Source: Phoronis australis
Lineage: Eukaryota > Animalia > Phoronida
Reading direction: 5' to 3'
Length of the DNA stretch: 64,000 nt
Assembly (NCBI GenBank): GCA_002633005.1
Contig: NMRA01000362.1
Location: 62,001 to 126,000, forward strand
Positions 14,501-26,967 of this stretch are shown piece after piece (position 1 is the first letter of the stretch; each line of letters starts with the position of its first letter). The translations under genes were made by a program, and so were the position numbers. Below the pieces are notes generated by a model. It saw only the letters and a program-made list of their open reading frames with translations, did not search any database and was not told the DNA's origin.

Positions 14501-15075
14501 TTCAAAAACTAATCATGATCAGCATTTTGGGTGGAATTCAGAAAGGCTATGGGTTTATGTTCAAATTTAGTTTAACTTAACTTTTTTTAACAGCACACTC
14601 CAGGATCTTATTGGAGATAAGAGCAATTATCGAACAAAAGAGAGCTGGCCCTCCATCCATAAATGCCAGAATGGAGTTAATCAGTCGTGTAAGATATAGA
14701 CTACAGGGGTAAACTTCCCAACTTGTTGTTGGGCTATAGAAACGAACAAGTTGAGAGCGACGGGAAAACGCCGTAATGTTGGCGAGAACACTACTAACAA
14801 TAGTTCTTCGTTTACTTTTTGATTGTCTGTGCAGAAACAATATCAACGATCAATTAATTTCACTCTACTCCTTTACAGGTATCATTGAAGATGCTTTCTC
14901 CATGATTGAAAACACCTTCGTGTTCAATATTACGGGTCATCCTGTCCTAACAATAAATGCTGGCTTCACGGAGAAAGGGCTACCGGTAGGGGTCTCCATT
15001 GTTGGCAAACATTTTGACGAGACCACTGTTCTGAAAGCAGCAAAAGCCATTGAAAGCGTGGTAAAAAAGAATTGA
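5511..15075 (+). CDS. Amidase-signature family amidase (Rhodococcus-type / urethanase-like), 11 coding exons, about 511 aa
   Basis: Exons 5511-5616, 7296-7422, 8426-8598, 9283-9422, 10636-10836, 11104-11175, 11559-11727, 12214-12276, 12566-12696, 13719-13875, 14879-15075; all GT-AG, phases compatible, total 1536 nt. Exon 8 has in-frame alternative sites at 12220 and 12270. The translation has ENPLNAWYW, catalytic Lys in [16 protein letters not shown], nucleophile Ser in DQGGSIR, GLKPT, and C-terminal FNITGHP...GLPVGV. AATAAA near 15649. Confidence 0.93.
5784..6088. mobile_element. MITE-like inverted-repeat element in amidase intron 1
   Basis: tataaagtaaaacgacgagtgtcggt is a near reverse complement of accgatgctcgtcgttttactttgta; the match continues inward (cccacgtttcgagc / gctcgagacgtggg). 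Confidence 0.6.
8585..8990 (+). repeat. Degenerate tandem duplication starting at the amidase exon 3 donor
   Basis: gatgctggatgaaggtaagtg occurs at 8585 and 8811, each followed by aaataacgggcatcaaactg(t/g)ttctcaaaatgcg. A partial third copy starts near 8970. Confidence 0.75.
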
Positions 15076-16079
15076 AAGTTTGAGGTTCCCACTAAACGGG
15101 TTTACTGTCTGAAATTGAACCGAAATGATAAGTGAGACTAGATACCATGAGTACCTTAAGTTAGAGAGTTCATGACACTTTGGCATATAGTATGGGTGAC
15201 CATTTGTGTGCAAAAAGCATCAAATTGTACATGTATATAAACCAAACCCAATGCCAATTGTACGACAATTCAATCCTATCTTGGATGTTCAATGCTATTA
15301 CAATCCACACTGGTCGATTCCATACCGTGAACTCAAAGCTGTTGTGTGTATTCTATCCTGTTTCGTGTATTCAATGCTGTTTAATCGGTTCTGTTTAGTC
15401 TATCCTGTGGTGTTGTGAATTCGACCCTGTTTCGTCGTTCTCAGTGACTGTCCTATTCTGTCGCACTTTATTAGACACTGGGATGACGTCATTTGCTGCG
15501 TTTGGCAACATGTTATGTAACAGTTACACACTACCAGAACATTTGTCGATTGCGACAATATATTTCCCTATTGACACCTCACCATTCGCATTTATTGTTA
15601 GATCTCTTAGGTTAGCGTTATTTGGTTCACATAGAAATCAACGACGTTAAATAAATGCTGTGGGTTGACCAGGTTTTCGTTATGATTGCCAAATTTATTG
15701 TTTAGTCGTGTGACTCCAGGTTTCTAATGAATTTTCGTGTGGCCATTACCCAACTTTAAAACTACGAGAAAAACCGACAATCGCTTTAATGTTGAATTTA
15801 ACACTGAAAGAACGACTACATTTCCTAAATTGTCATTTTTTGTGTTTTATTGAGTTTCGTGTTGTAGGGTAAGGGAACAGGGTTGATTACGTGTATTTTG
15901 GCCTTACTATGAGAAAGTAAGACGCGAACATATTTTTTTCCATAAAGATTGTGTCGGCCACTTCAATTTCGTAGCAATGGTTTGCTCCAGCGGTGGTGCT
16001 TTTTTGCAGACTGTGGCGTCCTACGGTGGCAGCATAATAGCCAAATGATTAATGTTGTACTGCTAATAACATTAGGTAT

Positions 16080-16365
16080 ACTCATGAAAATATTCCAGCT
16101 CACGGATTCTGCTCACAGGTCTAGTTAAAGAAACCGTAAACCACGTTACACAGCTTATACGTAATCATTTCCACGACATGGCAACTACATGTACACACAT
16201 TAACAGAAAATGACTGTATTTTGATATCCCATAATAATAATTTTATGTTAAAGTGTGTAGTTGCCATGTCGTGGAAATGATTACGTGTAAGCTGTGCAGC
16301 GTGGTTTACGGTTTCTTTAACTAGACCTGTGAGCAGAATCCGTGAGCTGGAATATTTTCATGAGT
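16080..16365. repeat. Long near-perfect inverted repeat (fold-back/MITE), arms about 125 bp
   Basis: actcatgaaaatattccagctcacggattctgctcacaggtctag... is the reverse complement of ...ctagacctgtgagcagaatccgtgagctggaatattttcatgagt, with a short AT-rich spacer. Confidence 0.9.
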
Positions 16366-16575
16366 CGTCATTCTGGGCATTCTCAGGTGGTGTGAAAATC
16401 TCCAATTAATCGTTGTTACTTTATTCGAATTATATGAATAAAATATATGCACTCTGATTCATGTCTATGTAATGAACGATGCCCCTCAGAACATTTCAGT
16501 AACTTTCACAATAGCTTTTCAGTTCAGTTAGAATGCCAAGCTTGCCATAGTATACCCATGTTCCTCTTTAATCTG

Positions 16576-16838
16576 CATGCGCACGCCCTGCCTTCAACAT
16601 GGGGAGGATCGAATTCCTACCGATGTGGACCTTTTACTACCAAAATAGTCGTTCGACTAAAAAAAGCAGTTCCACGATCGGGGCTGTACGTGCTGTGAAT
16701 TGCGCGTTTGCATCTTTTTGTGGACTTTTATCTCGTTTTCTTGGACTTTTTGTTTCTCTGTGGCAGACCTTTTTGCCCACTTCGCTTAATGGGGGGCTCG
16801 TTCGAGCCCCCACAGCCCCGCNCCTGGGTGCGCGCATG
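16576..16838. mobile_element. MITE, copy 1 of a family also at 29351
   Basis: Termini catgcgcacgccc / gggtgcgcgcatg, flanked by the direct repeat atctg (16571-16575 and 16839-16843). Internal sequence shared with 29351-29561. Confidence 0.7.
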
Positions 16839-16996
16839 ATCTGGCACGTTACATTTCAAACATTAGGCTGTATTTCTTTATCTATCCGTTTGCGCCGTGT
16901 CCCCCAAAGCCTTTACATCGGTCTTAACTTTTTTGCGGCAACAAACACATACATGTATAACCAGTCAGCAATGAAACACTGACTGAGTAAAAAGTT

Positions 16997-19900
16997 TTAT
17001 GCTGCAACCTCGTCTTCTTCCGGTACGTCCTCAACGCCGTTTTGTTGGATAGGACTGCTAGCAGCGGCTGGTGAGATCTCGACTGTGCGACGCCTCCACC
17101 CGCGATACTTTGAATAAAGCATCAGTGAGATGATTATAATTAAAATCAACGCAGCCAAACCTAAACAAGTGCCGATGGTTATTATCACAGGCCCACTTAA
17201 GAATTCGTCGTTAGTACCCATGAGTGTCTCGTTCCAGCCAGGCGTTGTGTTTGTTGGATTTGAATTTAAATCGCTGACGTTGAATAGGTTAAATGTTTTC
17301 TTTGTCGACGTTCCTTCCGTTGAGGAGCCAGCGACATCTGGCGATTGATAGGTAAGGGAATTTTCGCGAGTGGAATAATCCGATACCGTTGCGATTGGAC
17401 GATTACTTTCAGTCGTGGTGGCAACGGTGAAGGTACGAGAAGACAACGTGTCGTTTTTACTGTCCGTTAGCCTCGTGGAATTGTTGCTTTCGTTGGCTGC
17501 TCTCGTGGTGAAGTTATCCAACAAAGTGGTCAAACCTGGAACTGTTGGGGTGTTATCTGGAAGATAAAAGGACATATAATTAAATCACTGCTTAATGATA
17601 TTCTTGTATACACTCATCCATTTAGAACACAGGATCAATTCTCGCTGGTTCCCTGCGTGCCGCTAGGTGGCAGGCCAGCACGCAGGTATCATTTAATTTC
17701 CCTTGGGAAATTTTTTACACCGGCATTTCTGATGGTAGCAGGTCGAATTCTCAACAGATAGCGCTTTACGCAAACAAACTGGCATGGCTGATGGAAGAAG
17801 TGTAAATGGGGTATGTTGTACAGACAAATCGGTGCTTAAAATTCATGTGCAAGAAATGTGAATCCTAGAAAATTGTGGTTGTGTCTGTTCGGAGTGCATC
17901 TTTCTACTGTCACTGACTTTTGTTTAGTTGCTGTCCTGTATTCATACAGTATGAATAACAAACTAGTTAAATCGGCCAGATGTGTGTTTATTGTACATGC
18001 ATGTGCTTCAAGCACACGGCTATTAAACATTACTGCGGAAACGAAATAGCTGAAGCTACGCTTCTTGCATGACAAGGCTTAAAATCGTTCATAGTCCGCC
18101 ATTTTCCTACCTTGCTGTAAAGCAAACCTGTGACTGCCGAGGTTACATGAATCAGTGAAAGCTAGAGGATGAATTTCGCAAGCCGAAAGATATCACTAAG
18201 ACATAAACATTTCTTAACCGTCAGTCTTGTTTGTGCTTGCCTTATTTTATAATGATTTTTAAAAAATTTTGAAACACGGGCGGAGTTTCCGCGCAAAACT
18301 CTTTACGTATCGTGTATGGCGGCAGTTGAGTGAGTGAGTGAGTGAGTGAGTGAGCAGACATACTGCAGGGAGGTAGCTGCTCTTCCGGCACTACGGCGAC
18401 TAGTTTAGGTGGTGGTGGACCACCAAAAATGAATATTAAACTAAAAGTCACGTAAAAGTCAGTTAGGTTTTGAAATACTCGTGTTGAGTTTTTTATTCAA
18501 AAATGAATTTTGTTTCTCACGTTGGCACACTATGGTGTATACATGTAAGACTAAGCTTCACTTGTATGTGAAGGCGTCTATCACCATTCTTTGCATTTAA
18601 TTAAATTAGTTCAACTGAAAACATGCCAACGACTTCATTCACGAAGAGCTTCGGATCTAGGAGCAAGGGTCTTCTTCCGAAAGTTTGCTCAGCTTCACTG
18701 TAAGACGCACAAACTTGGTACGCAGTTATGCCTAGCGTATGGCCGAATTATTCAGGAGCATTGAACTTCGATCGCATGAACACAGTAATGTGTTCAATTG
18801 AGTTGAAGTTTTTGCGGCAAATGAAAAACGTACTCCCATGAACGGGTTTTGTGTTAAATGTTTTTTCTCGTGTAGTATTTCAGCGTTCGAGTTGATGTCA
18901 TTGAAACTGGCAATCTTTGTTCTCGTTCCGACTACTGATCACGTGGTTTTGCAGTTCACGAATCTTAGATTTCTATAGTCATCCTTTGCTAGTCTAATTC
19001 CATAACAACGGGCGGCGCACCATAGGGGACTGGGCTGGGGGCTATACCCTTCACTTATTTCAGTGCTACGCCGCTTTGAAAAAGAGCTGCGCACGCCACT
19101 GTACGTAAGCAAATACGAAAAATGGGACCACGTAGGCAGGTGCTGAAACAGGACTTTTTGTAATGAACACTTGCGATAATCGGACCGTGGAAATAGTGTC
19201 CATTTGTTGTTCAAGACATTCGTATTCAACAATTGAATCACGTAGACAGGGCCCAAGACCATTGTTTACAACTACACAAGCAGCTTGTAAGACCCTGGCC
19301 TGTGCCACGACTTAGTTTGAGACCTGTGCTCAGCTACTGAAAAAGAAAGAAAAAAAACAACGCCCACATCAGCCAATGTATAGTGTAGGCCTCTATTTAG
19401 ATAAGTTGCACCAAGGCAATGGTAAGCAAGGTTTGAAACGCCATTATTTGCCACGCGATAGGTAAAAACACAAATTCGTGTCATTTTTGCTGGTCTTCGG
19501 TGGATTTTCTTTTTTTGAAAAATAAGCAACTGCCGCATCACTGATTCGACTTTCAAAACAGACCAGTACCACCTCTGGTTTTACCTCGTATCAAGCGTAG
19601 CTCTGTGCGGGTATACATGTAAGTGTGCGTCACCAGTGTATGTGAAAAGTGTAGAGTGACATACCCATGGATGCATTTCAAGATGAGTGTGGGTATGGAT
19701 GGACCCAGATGAAATTCACTGTTTCTCCGCCACTACAAATTATTGAATCTAACGTGCCAATCAGCATGTTTAAAAATGGCACCTGAGTGTTATCATGGGC
19801 GGCGCAGCACTGAAATAAGTGAGGAGACTATAGCCGCCCCTCCCCAGTTCCCAGTGGCTTGCCGCCGATCAGGTTATCATGCTGCTGTTCTGCGCGTTAT

Positions 19901-21441
19901 GTTGATCTGCGCGTTTTAGGGATGACGTAAGCAAAATGACGTCATCTGCATATAGCGCAGATCAACAAAACGCGCAGCACACTGCAATAAGTCAATTAAT
20001 CAAAGGGATCTCATACTTTCTTCAGTTTGCCCAGAGCGTGTTTCATTAAAGGACTTAGTTTTTTGGGTCGTGAGTTTCAATCATACACGTGGCAACTTCT
20101 AACCACTTGCATCTGTTTACGACATTAAAAACGGATTTAAATGAACCTGATCATGTCCACGAAAACCCTCTGATGTTTTACAGTGAAGCATTGAGTCTTG
20201 GCTTAGTCAAGACTTTGTGCAAAATGGTCATGAATTAAGTTGTGACTAAATAGTGAGACAACCCCAGAAGTATAAATAGACTCCGATGTTAATTTTAAGA
20301 TTATGCGAGACAACCCCACAAATATAAACAGACTCCGAAGACAATTGCTAAGACTATGTAGGAACCTAAAATTTCCCAATTTGGCTGTTAACTTCGGAGC
20401 CTCTCGTATTCACGTGAAACTAACAGATAGTATACTTTATTCATTGTTCTCTTAAACACTGTTTGGAAAGCCTTCAAAATCACCCCTGCATGAAAGGTTT
20501 TCAAAAACAGGAATTTCACGATTTTCTGAAAAATAGAAATAAGTTGCATAAAACAAAAACGATAAATCAAACAAATCTTAGTGCGTTTTTTACAGATTTC
20601 ATCTTAAAGATTCGCATCAAATAGAATTAGGTCATACTATCGTTACGGTTGTTTTTCTGTAACTGCACCTTCACTTTTTGCTAAATGTTACTGAAAATGC
20701 TGGGTCACGTGACCCAGTTGATTGTGTGTTCAGAAAATGTACTGTTCAGAAAATATACACATTTGCTGAGGTAAAATCTATAGTTTGCTTGATACTCATT
20801 AAAAAATTGCCGATAAAGAACACACTACATAACCTTAAGTAAGGGTGCACCATGTTAGAAAGGTCATGATGGAATTATGACTAAATACTTGGACAAGCAC
20901 ACGATGTACATACTCTGCGGCGTGTTAACAAAAATGTTTGTGCTCTCAGTCTGCTGCCGTGGCTGATCGGCAATAAGCTCTACACTAGGCGTGGTGGTGA
21001 TATAATGATTGCAATAGGAGAAACGGAACTAATTAGGCTACCTAGCTAAGCGGTGTCAACGCCTGTTCAGTGCTTATTAACTTAATCGTTGGGTTAGTAT
21101 ATCAAACAAAAATAGAATATTTACATTTCTTAAATGAAATTCGCTCTAATACCTTACGCCATGTTCGCAGTCTGTACTGGGTTCCAAAAAATCAGTTGAG
21201 TCATGAATTTGCGTAACGGGTGCATGTCGTAGACCTATACGACTATCAGCAGCTAGTCAGGCTTCGTGGTAGTTAGCCACGGCCATTTTGACAAAACGGC
21301 AGCGTAAACAGAACGATTGTTTGAGTGAAAAACGGACATACCTGGCGACTGGGTGGAGGAACATAGAGTTGAAGAGACCCAGAGAATATGCAGAATGTAG
21401 GCGACGAGGACATCACGTTTCTTTTTAGGCCGGGCAGACAT
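16997..21441 (-). CDS. Uncharacterised Ser/Thr-rich (mucin-like) type I membrane protein, 2 coding exons, about 219 aa
   Basis: Exon 1 (21441-21342) encodes MSARPKKKRDVLVAYILHILWVSSTLCSSTQSP (signal-peptide-like) and ends CCAG|gtatgt, phase 1. Exon 2 (17556-16997) follows ttttatcttccag| in frame. It encodes an S/T-rich ectodomain with many N-x-S/T sites, the TM PVIITIGTCLGLAALILIIIISLMLY, basic KYRGWRRR and a short acidic tail. Confidence 0.75.
17680..17925. repeat. Dispersed repeat; inverted copy at about 58745-59015
   Basis: cggtgcttaaaatt...gtgaatcctagaaa(a)ttgtggttg...gcatctttctactgtc matches the reverse complement of 58746-58833. Confidence 0.7.
18328..18353 (+). repeat. (GAGT)n microsatellite
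   Basis: gagtgagtgagtgagtgagtgagtga. Confidence 0.85.
19795..19871. mobile_element. Short GC-rich MITE-like element; related tandem copies at 23122-23269
   Basis: catgggcggcgcagcactgaaa begins both 19795 and 23122. gttat flanks both sides of this copy. Confidence 0.55.
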
Positions 21442-24133
21442 CTTGGTGCAGTCTCGAACATTTTCCTCAGCAATCGAAAGTTCCGGACAACGGGTAAGAA
21501 GCTTGGCACCGAGTTCACCAAAGTAACACGAAGTATCAATGTACAATTTTTTAACCCGTCTATTCGCCAAATCCTTAACTATTTATCTATAACAGAATCG
21601 TTTTCATGATATTGGAAATCATTTTGATGTTGTTCGGGCAGTCGACCATTGTTTGAGCACCCCTCGCTTATAAATGGCATCTCCTACAAGAATCTGTTGG
21701 TGGTGTTTCGTTGAAGGCGAGTGTTATTTCGATAACCTATGTCGCCTCGGTAACAGAAAAACAAACAGAGATCAAATGTCGTCCACGGTGTGTTGTCTAT
21801 CTGGCGCAACTCTGAACGGTGCCATCTGCAAGAGGCGTCAAATGTTGTCCATACTACGCGAATAAATGAACTTCGTACCCGGGAATGTAAATCCACTCTC
21901 AGCTATCTGAGATCCACTGCAGCACTGTTTCGTGTATAACGTTTACATTTTCAATCTTAAACCGGCTTCATCGCGTTCTCAACCTTTGTTTGAATTGAAA
22001 TTAATTACGATGAATTGCCCGAAATACTCCTGATGGACCTGCATAAAAGTAACCCGCTGTCAGGAGTAACGCATTGGCTACTGCGTGAAACAATACTGCA
22101 TGGTCATTTCTTCTGTTGCCGGGTTGTTTTAAACAGTTCCAAATAGGAAATGAACTAAGTTTTTTAGATCTGCTGTGCGCCAAGGATTTGTGAAAACCCC
22201 TATTGTGTCCATAATGTTTTGATTTCATTACTTGGAATGTATTTTTACTTTATGTATGTCAATGTTTGACTTTGAATTCTCAATATCAGCATCGAAAATG
22301 AGCATCTTTTTTGCAACGCCCCCGAAACGCTGAGTCCCAATATATGTTCATTGAACGCCGGCGCCCAGTTTTTAGTTGTATCATTACAAAATGTCATTTG
22401 TCAAAGAGGAGCTCATAACAAAGATAAAATGCCGGACAGAGAAAGGTTTCATCTGTGAGAAAAGAACTACACAATTATGCAAAATGTTTACGAAATTTAG
22501 TTGAGTCCATCTAATATAATCCAAAGGAACAAGAGACGATAGCGGTGCTGTCCCAAATTACTAAAATTCAGTTGTTTTTACAGTAGAACTCGCCAAACTA
22601 AAGCTATCCATGTTACTTAAATTGTCGGGTTATATATAACAAACTTGCATGTGCACAGTTGAATATGAAAAATCAGGGCCCCTGCATTGAAAAAGGAGAG
22701 ATCCGGTTATAAAGCAGGACTTGTAGTTCTATATACATGTATACCAAAATGCACGAATGTCCGCCTTTAAACATGAAAACGCCACGACCTAGTTTTTTTT
22801 CTTGACGAGAAAGTAGGGCCATGTCGCGTGGAAATCGCAAAGATATATGAAAATAAGTCAATTTTGCCGTGTGTCCAAATGCAGGACATAATCCTGTGCT
22901 GGGTCGGGAAAATCTTCCCAATGCGTGGCGGTCCGCATACCCTGAGTAGCCAGAAGGGTACAGATATGTGTTTATGTAAGTGCCCGGCCTGCCGCCTATT
23001 GATTTGGCCGTGAGTTAAATCCACGAACCGGCTTCAGAATGGACCGTATCATTGAATGAAGCGATGCCAGCTCCTTAACAAAGGCCGGTGTATCCCACCT
23101 ACGTTCGCAAAATTACCTTATTCATGGGCGGCGCAGCACTGAAAAAAGTGGGGGCATAGCCCCCAGCACCCTGTGGTGCACCGCCGATAGACCATGGGCG
23201 CCGGAGCAACTGAGTGGGGACTATAGCCCAAATCGCCCTTCCCCAGCCCCCTATGGTGCGCCGCCCATGTCATTGTGTAAAATTCTTGGTGCGACATGGT
23301 GTTACTAAATTAAAACTTTCACATTTGGATTCTAACGTTTTTATGTTTCAGGAATTAATCTTTAACTTCTCATTGGGGAACCATCAAAACCGTCTCTTTC
23401 TGGGATTAGGATTTACAGTACTTCGCTAAAAGTTAATTTACGTCGTCAATGTTAATTAATTTATGTGTTTTAATTTACTTGCGTAACGTTCAGCTTGGCC
23501 GACGGTATGGGGTGAAGTAAAATTTCATTTTTGCAGGCTCCACAAGTTTTTCGCCACGATGCTTCTGGCATTTTGTTCACAACTCTAGCAGTGGCCTCGA
23601 GCTCTGCTAGATCAAAATCAATTCATTCAGAAAAAATGAGACCAAATTCATAGAGGTTGATGTTCTGAACAAAGCTAGTTTTGTTGACGGAATGTGAATT
23701 TATAACTGATTTAGTTGCCGTTAGATGGCATGATTTTCCCTCGTGCGTAGCATATAATTTGATTATTTCGTTCAGTTAAGTGTGGTCTTTCGATGATTCA
23801 GTGTTTTATTTTACACAATGACTTATTTCGTGGAAGGGTTGCACCTTACACCTTTCTTCTCAGGCGAATTTTGACACTCTAGCGCCGATGGCAGTAAGCA
23901 CTTCCTCAAAGTAAACTGTACTGTATATGAGAGGGCGGCGATTTCCGAGAACACTAATTTATTTTGCATCAAAAGTCACTATCAGCAACTCGCAAACGAT
24001 AATATCAGTTGATGCGTTCCATACAGCTGTTCTACTTAAAGTGATTTTCATGTACAATCCCCGTGGAGGGCTGGGTGTTCGTTTTTTAAATTCATTTGAA
24101 CACATGTCACCATATTAATAACACATGAAAAAT

Positions 24134-24177
24134 TTACTTACTTACTGACTTACTTAATTACTTACTTACTTACTTAC
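24134..24177 (+). repeat. Imperfect (TTAC)n microsatellite
   Basis: ttacttacttactgacttacttaattacttacttacttacttac. Confidence 0.8.
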
Positions 24178-24559
24178 GGTGTCGCAACTATCATAAGGAT
24201 AGCCACGGTCGCAAAACTCAATGATGAAAAGAAAAGGCACTCTCAGGCTTGGCAGCCTGCGGGTTGACAGTGTTCATGTATACATGTATACGCGGACTTA
24301 AGGGAAGATTCGGCACCAATCTCCCCCGCTCCCCCTACCGTCGCAACCACTGAAAAGAAAAGGAACGCTGCTAACATGCCGTTTTCAAGGTCCAATATGG
24401 TACTAAGAGACCTACATGTACTTGTTTATGGTGCACAGCGTTTGCGCGCGAAACCTCCTTCTTTTTGTAATGCTTATTACACGTTTTATATTTTGTGCCA
24501 TCGATTCTTAACAAATTTGTCGTATTTAAAATAGTCTTCAAATGCCAAAAAGACCAAAT

Positions 24560-24918
24560 CCGTTTTTCGTAATGGCGGGATTGCTTTGGAAATCGTCTTA
24601 AGATAAGGTTTGGCAAAGAGAGTATTGCGAGTTTCTGAGTGATTCACTAAGGCTTCTATTAAAATTCACATCTTACCAGCAGCTTCTGTTTTTTCATCGT
24701 CACTCACGTTCCATTTTCTTTAAAAGATGAAGTAAATTTTCTTCATTGCACAGTGGAGCAGACGACGGAAACAGAGTCGTAGTGCGCAGCGCCACTGCTG
24801 GTCGCCTGGGATATCGCGGGAGAGACTATACTTAGCCATACTTCCGTTACGAATGCGCCGTATTCCGAATTTGACACTTGAAATTGGATTTGAGCCCCCC
24901 CCCCANAATCCGCCTATG
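24560..24918. mobile_element. Non-autonomous interspersed element; inverted copy at 38240-38810
   Basis: A core of about 270 bp (gggattgctttggaaatcgtctta...gtcgcctgggatatcgcgggagag) is nearly identical to the reverse complement of 38410-38665. It ends in aatccgcctatg. Confidence 0.8.
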
Positions 24919-26967
24919 CACAGATGTTAGTTTAACTGCAGGTTCGTTTGCTGTGCTATTGCAAATCCACACCCGTCAACTATTGCATCCCTGCTAACGG
25001 CGTTGAACAAGAAAAATTATAATTCCACATAGGAGAGGAGCCAACCTTTAAACTCGTTTGAAATTGTGTTGAAGTTAGCGCAAATTGTGGGGTCATCAGT
25101 GTTTGGCGCTGGTGCGTCCGTTCCGCCCAGCAGGCTTTGCGTGTGGCTTGATCCTCCGCCCAGTACTTTAGTTTGCTCATAAATTAAAGTTTGTCTACTA
25201 ATCTACATTCCACAATGTCTTAAAATGGCATTATCGGTGAGCAAAGTGATTTTCTTATATCAGTCCCACCACGAGAGAAAAACCTGTGCAACCATCTCGG
25301 TCGCTGTTAAACATTTTGCTGGCGAAGCTAAACTCCAGGCGATCAATGCTTTGTTTTAATAGAACTAAAGTGGTCAAGTCACAGGTCTGGATTTCCGTGA
25401 ATGGCTGGCAGGCGACAATGAAAAATTTCGATTTTTAATCAAATCACAACATACAAAGGATTTTATTGTTTTATAGCTCTGGCTGGTCGTCAAAACGTCT
25501 ATTCCAACCAATTCTAATCCAAAAATGCGCTTGTCTGTCGTGAAAACGATACTCTCATTTCAAATACCTTCCTGAGGGTTGGCGGCATTTTTCACCCGAT
25601 CCCAAGTCCTTTTTCTAGCATGCACGCATGAGTGATCAGTGGAGTGGCTCTATTCTTTTCCGCGTTGCGCGGTTTCTTGTTAACTCGAATACTTGAGTTC
25701 AGTACTGAAGCGGGGTCAAGTTTCAGTTTCCATGGGCTTTTTCTACAATGAAAAACTTCATGTTATGGGTCAATGGGTGCTCAGATTGGCGCCATTGCTC
25801 GTTTTAGATTTTGACCAAGGTGCTTATACCTCATGATACAATCAAGGTCGAATTTTAAGGCCGCGGTACTCCTTGAGATTTTTGGAGGGTGTTTGGCGGC
25901 CTCTCGGCCAGGGTGTATTTCGCAGGTCATGGATCAATGAATGGCGAGTAACACGCGTTAAATCATCTTGAAATATTTTCGTGTTGCTGCGAATGTCTGA
26001 GCTGAGAATTTGAAGGTCTTTCTGGTTTGAGGCCCTTCTCAGGGTCTCATGTCTGTCATTGGTAATTCAGTGGTGGTCAGTGTTGCACTGTTGTTCATTT
26101 TGAATCAGCTTTTGCCGATACACGAACGTCGTATGAATAACCTAGCTCAATTTTGGTGACATCTTTTGCAAAGTCCATAGAGGCACACGCAGAGCAGTAG
26201 GCCCACAAGTACGACATAGCGCTGAAAACTACAGAAACGGCAAAAACGTAGCGAAATACCGACGTAAATCACGGTACTGGTTCACTGGTGTGAGACTCCG
26301 ACACTCGCCTTTGGAGAGCGTCTCAGGTTGTCTTGGTAACTGGGGGCTCGGCCTGTTGTTGGATCTACATGTGCATCTACCTTCCACTACGATATGAATA
26401 CACGCCGCTTGGTATTGCAGCGATGCAATGATGCCTATGTGCTGTCACTATGACTTGTGTTTCGTAATTTCTATAATTCATATGGTTTTGGCTTTTTGAT
26501 GCACGTGCAAGCGGAGAATTGTAGACAGTTATTGGGGTCTTGGCGAGTGTAACATAATTAACTTAAGTAGACTCTACGTGTATATTTAGTACAGTCAGCT
26601 GCGTGTAATGTAGGCTATGACGCGCTAGACTTCCGTGAACGGGTGAAAGTTTCGAGATATCTCAAACGTATTGTACATGTATTTTAGACTTTGTACACAA
26701 GTTTAACCAGTAAATATTTGAAACGATAACTGTCAACATAAATGTATTGCAATATAAAAATATATCATATAAACATAAAACAAGTGTATAAATACATGTA
26801 GTGTAAAAGCAGTTCAGGTTTTAAAATTCAAAATTAATGAAATTTCGTTTTATGCACAAAATTACCAAGACAACAAGCACGTGCCACTTAACCAATATTT
26901 AAATTCACACTGTCAGGTTACTCCTGGGTCCAAATTGCAGTTGATCGCCATCTATTGGCCATGCCCC

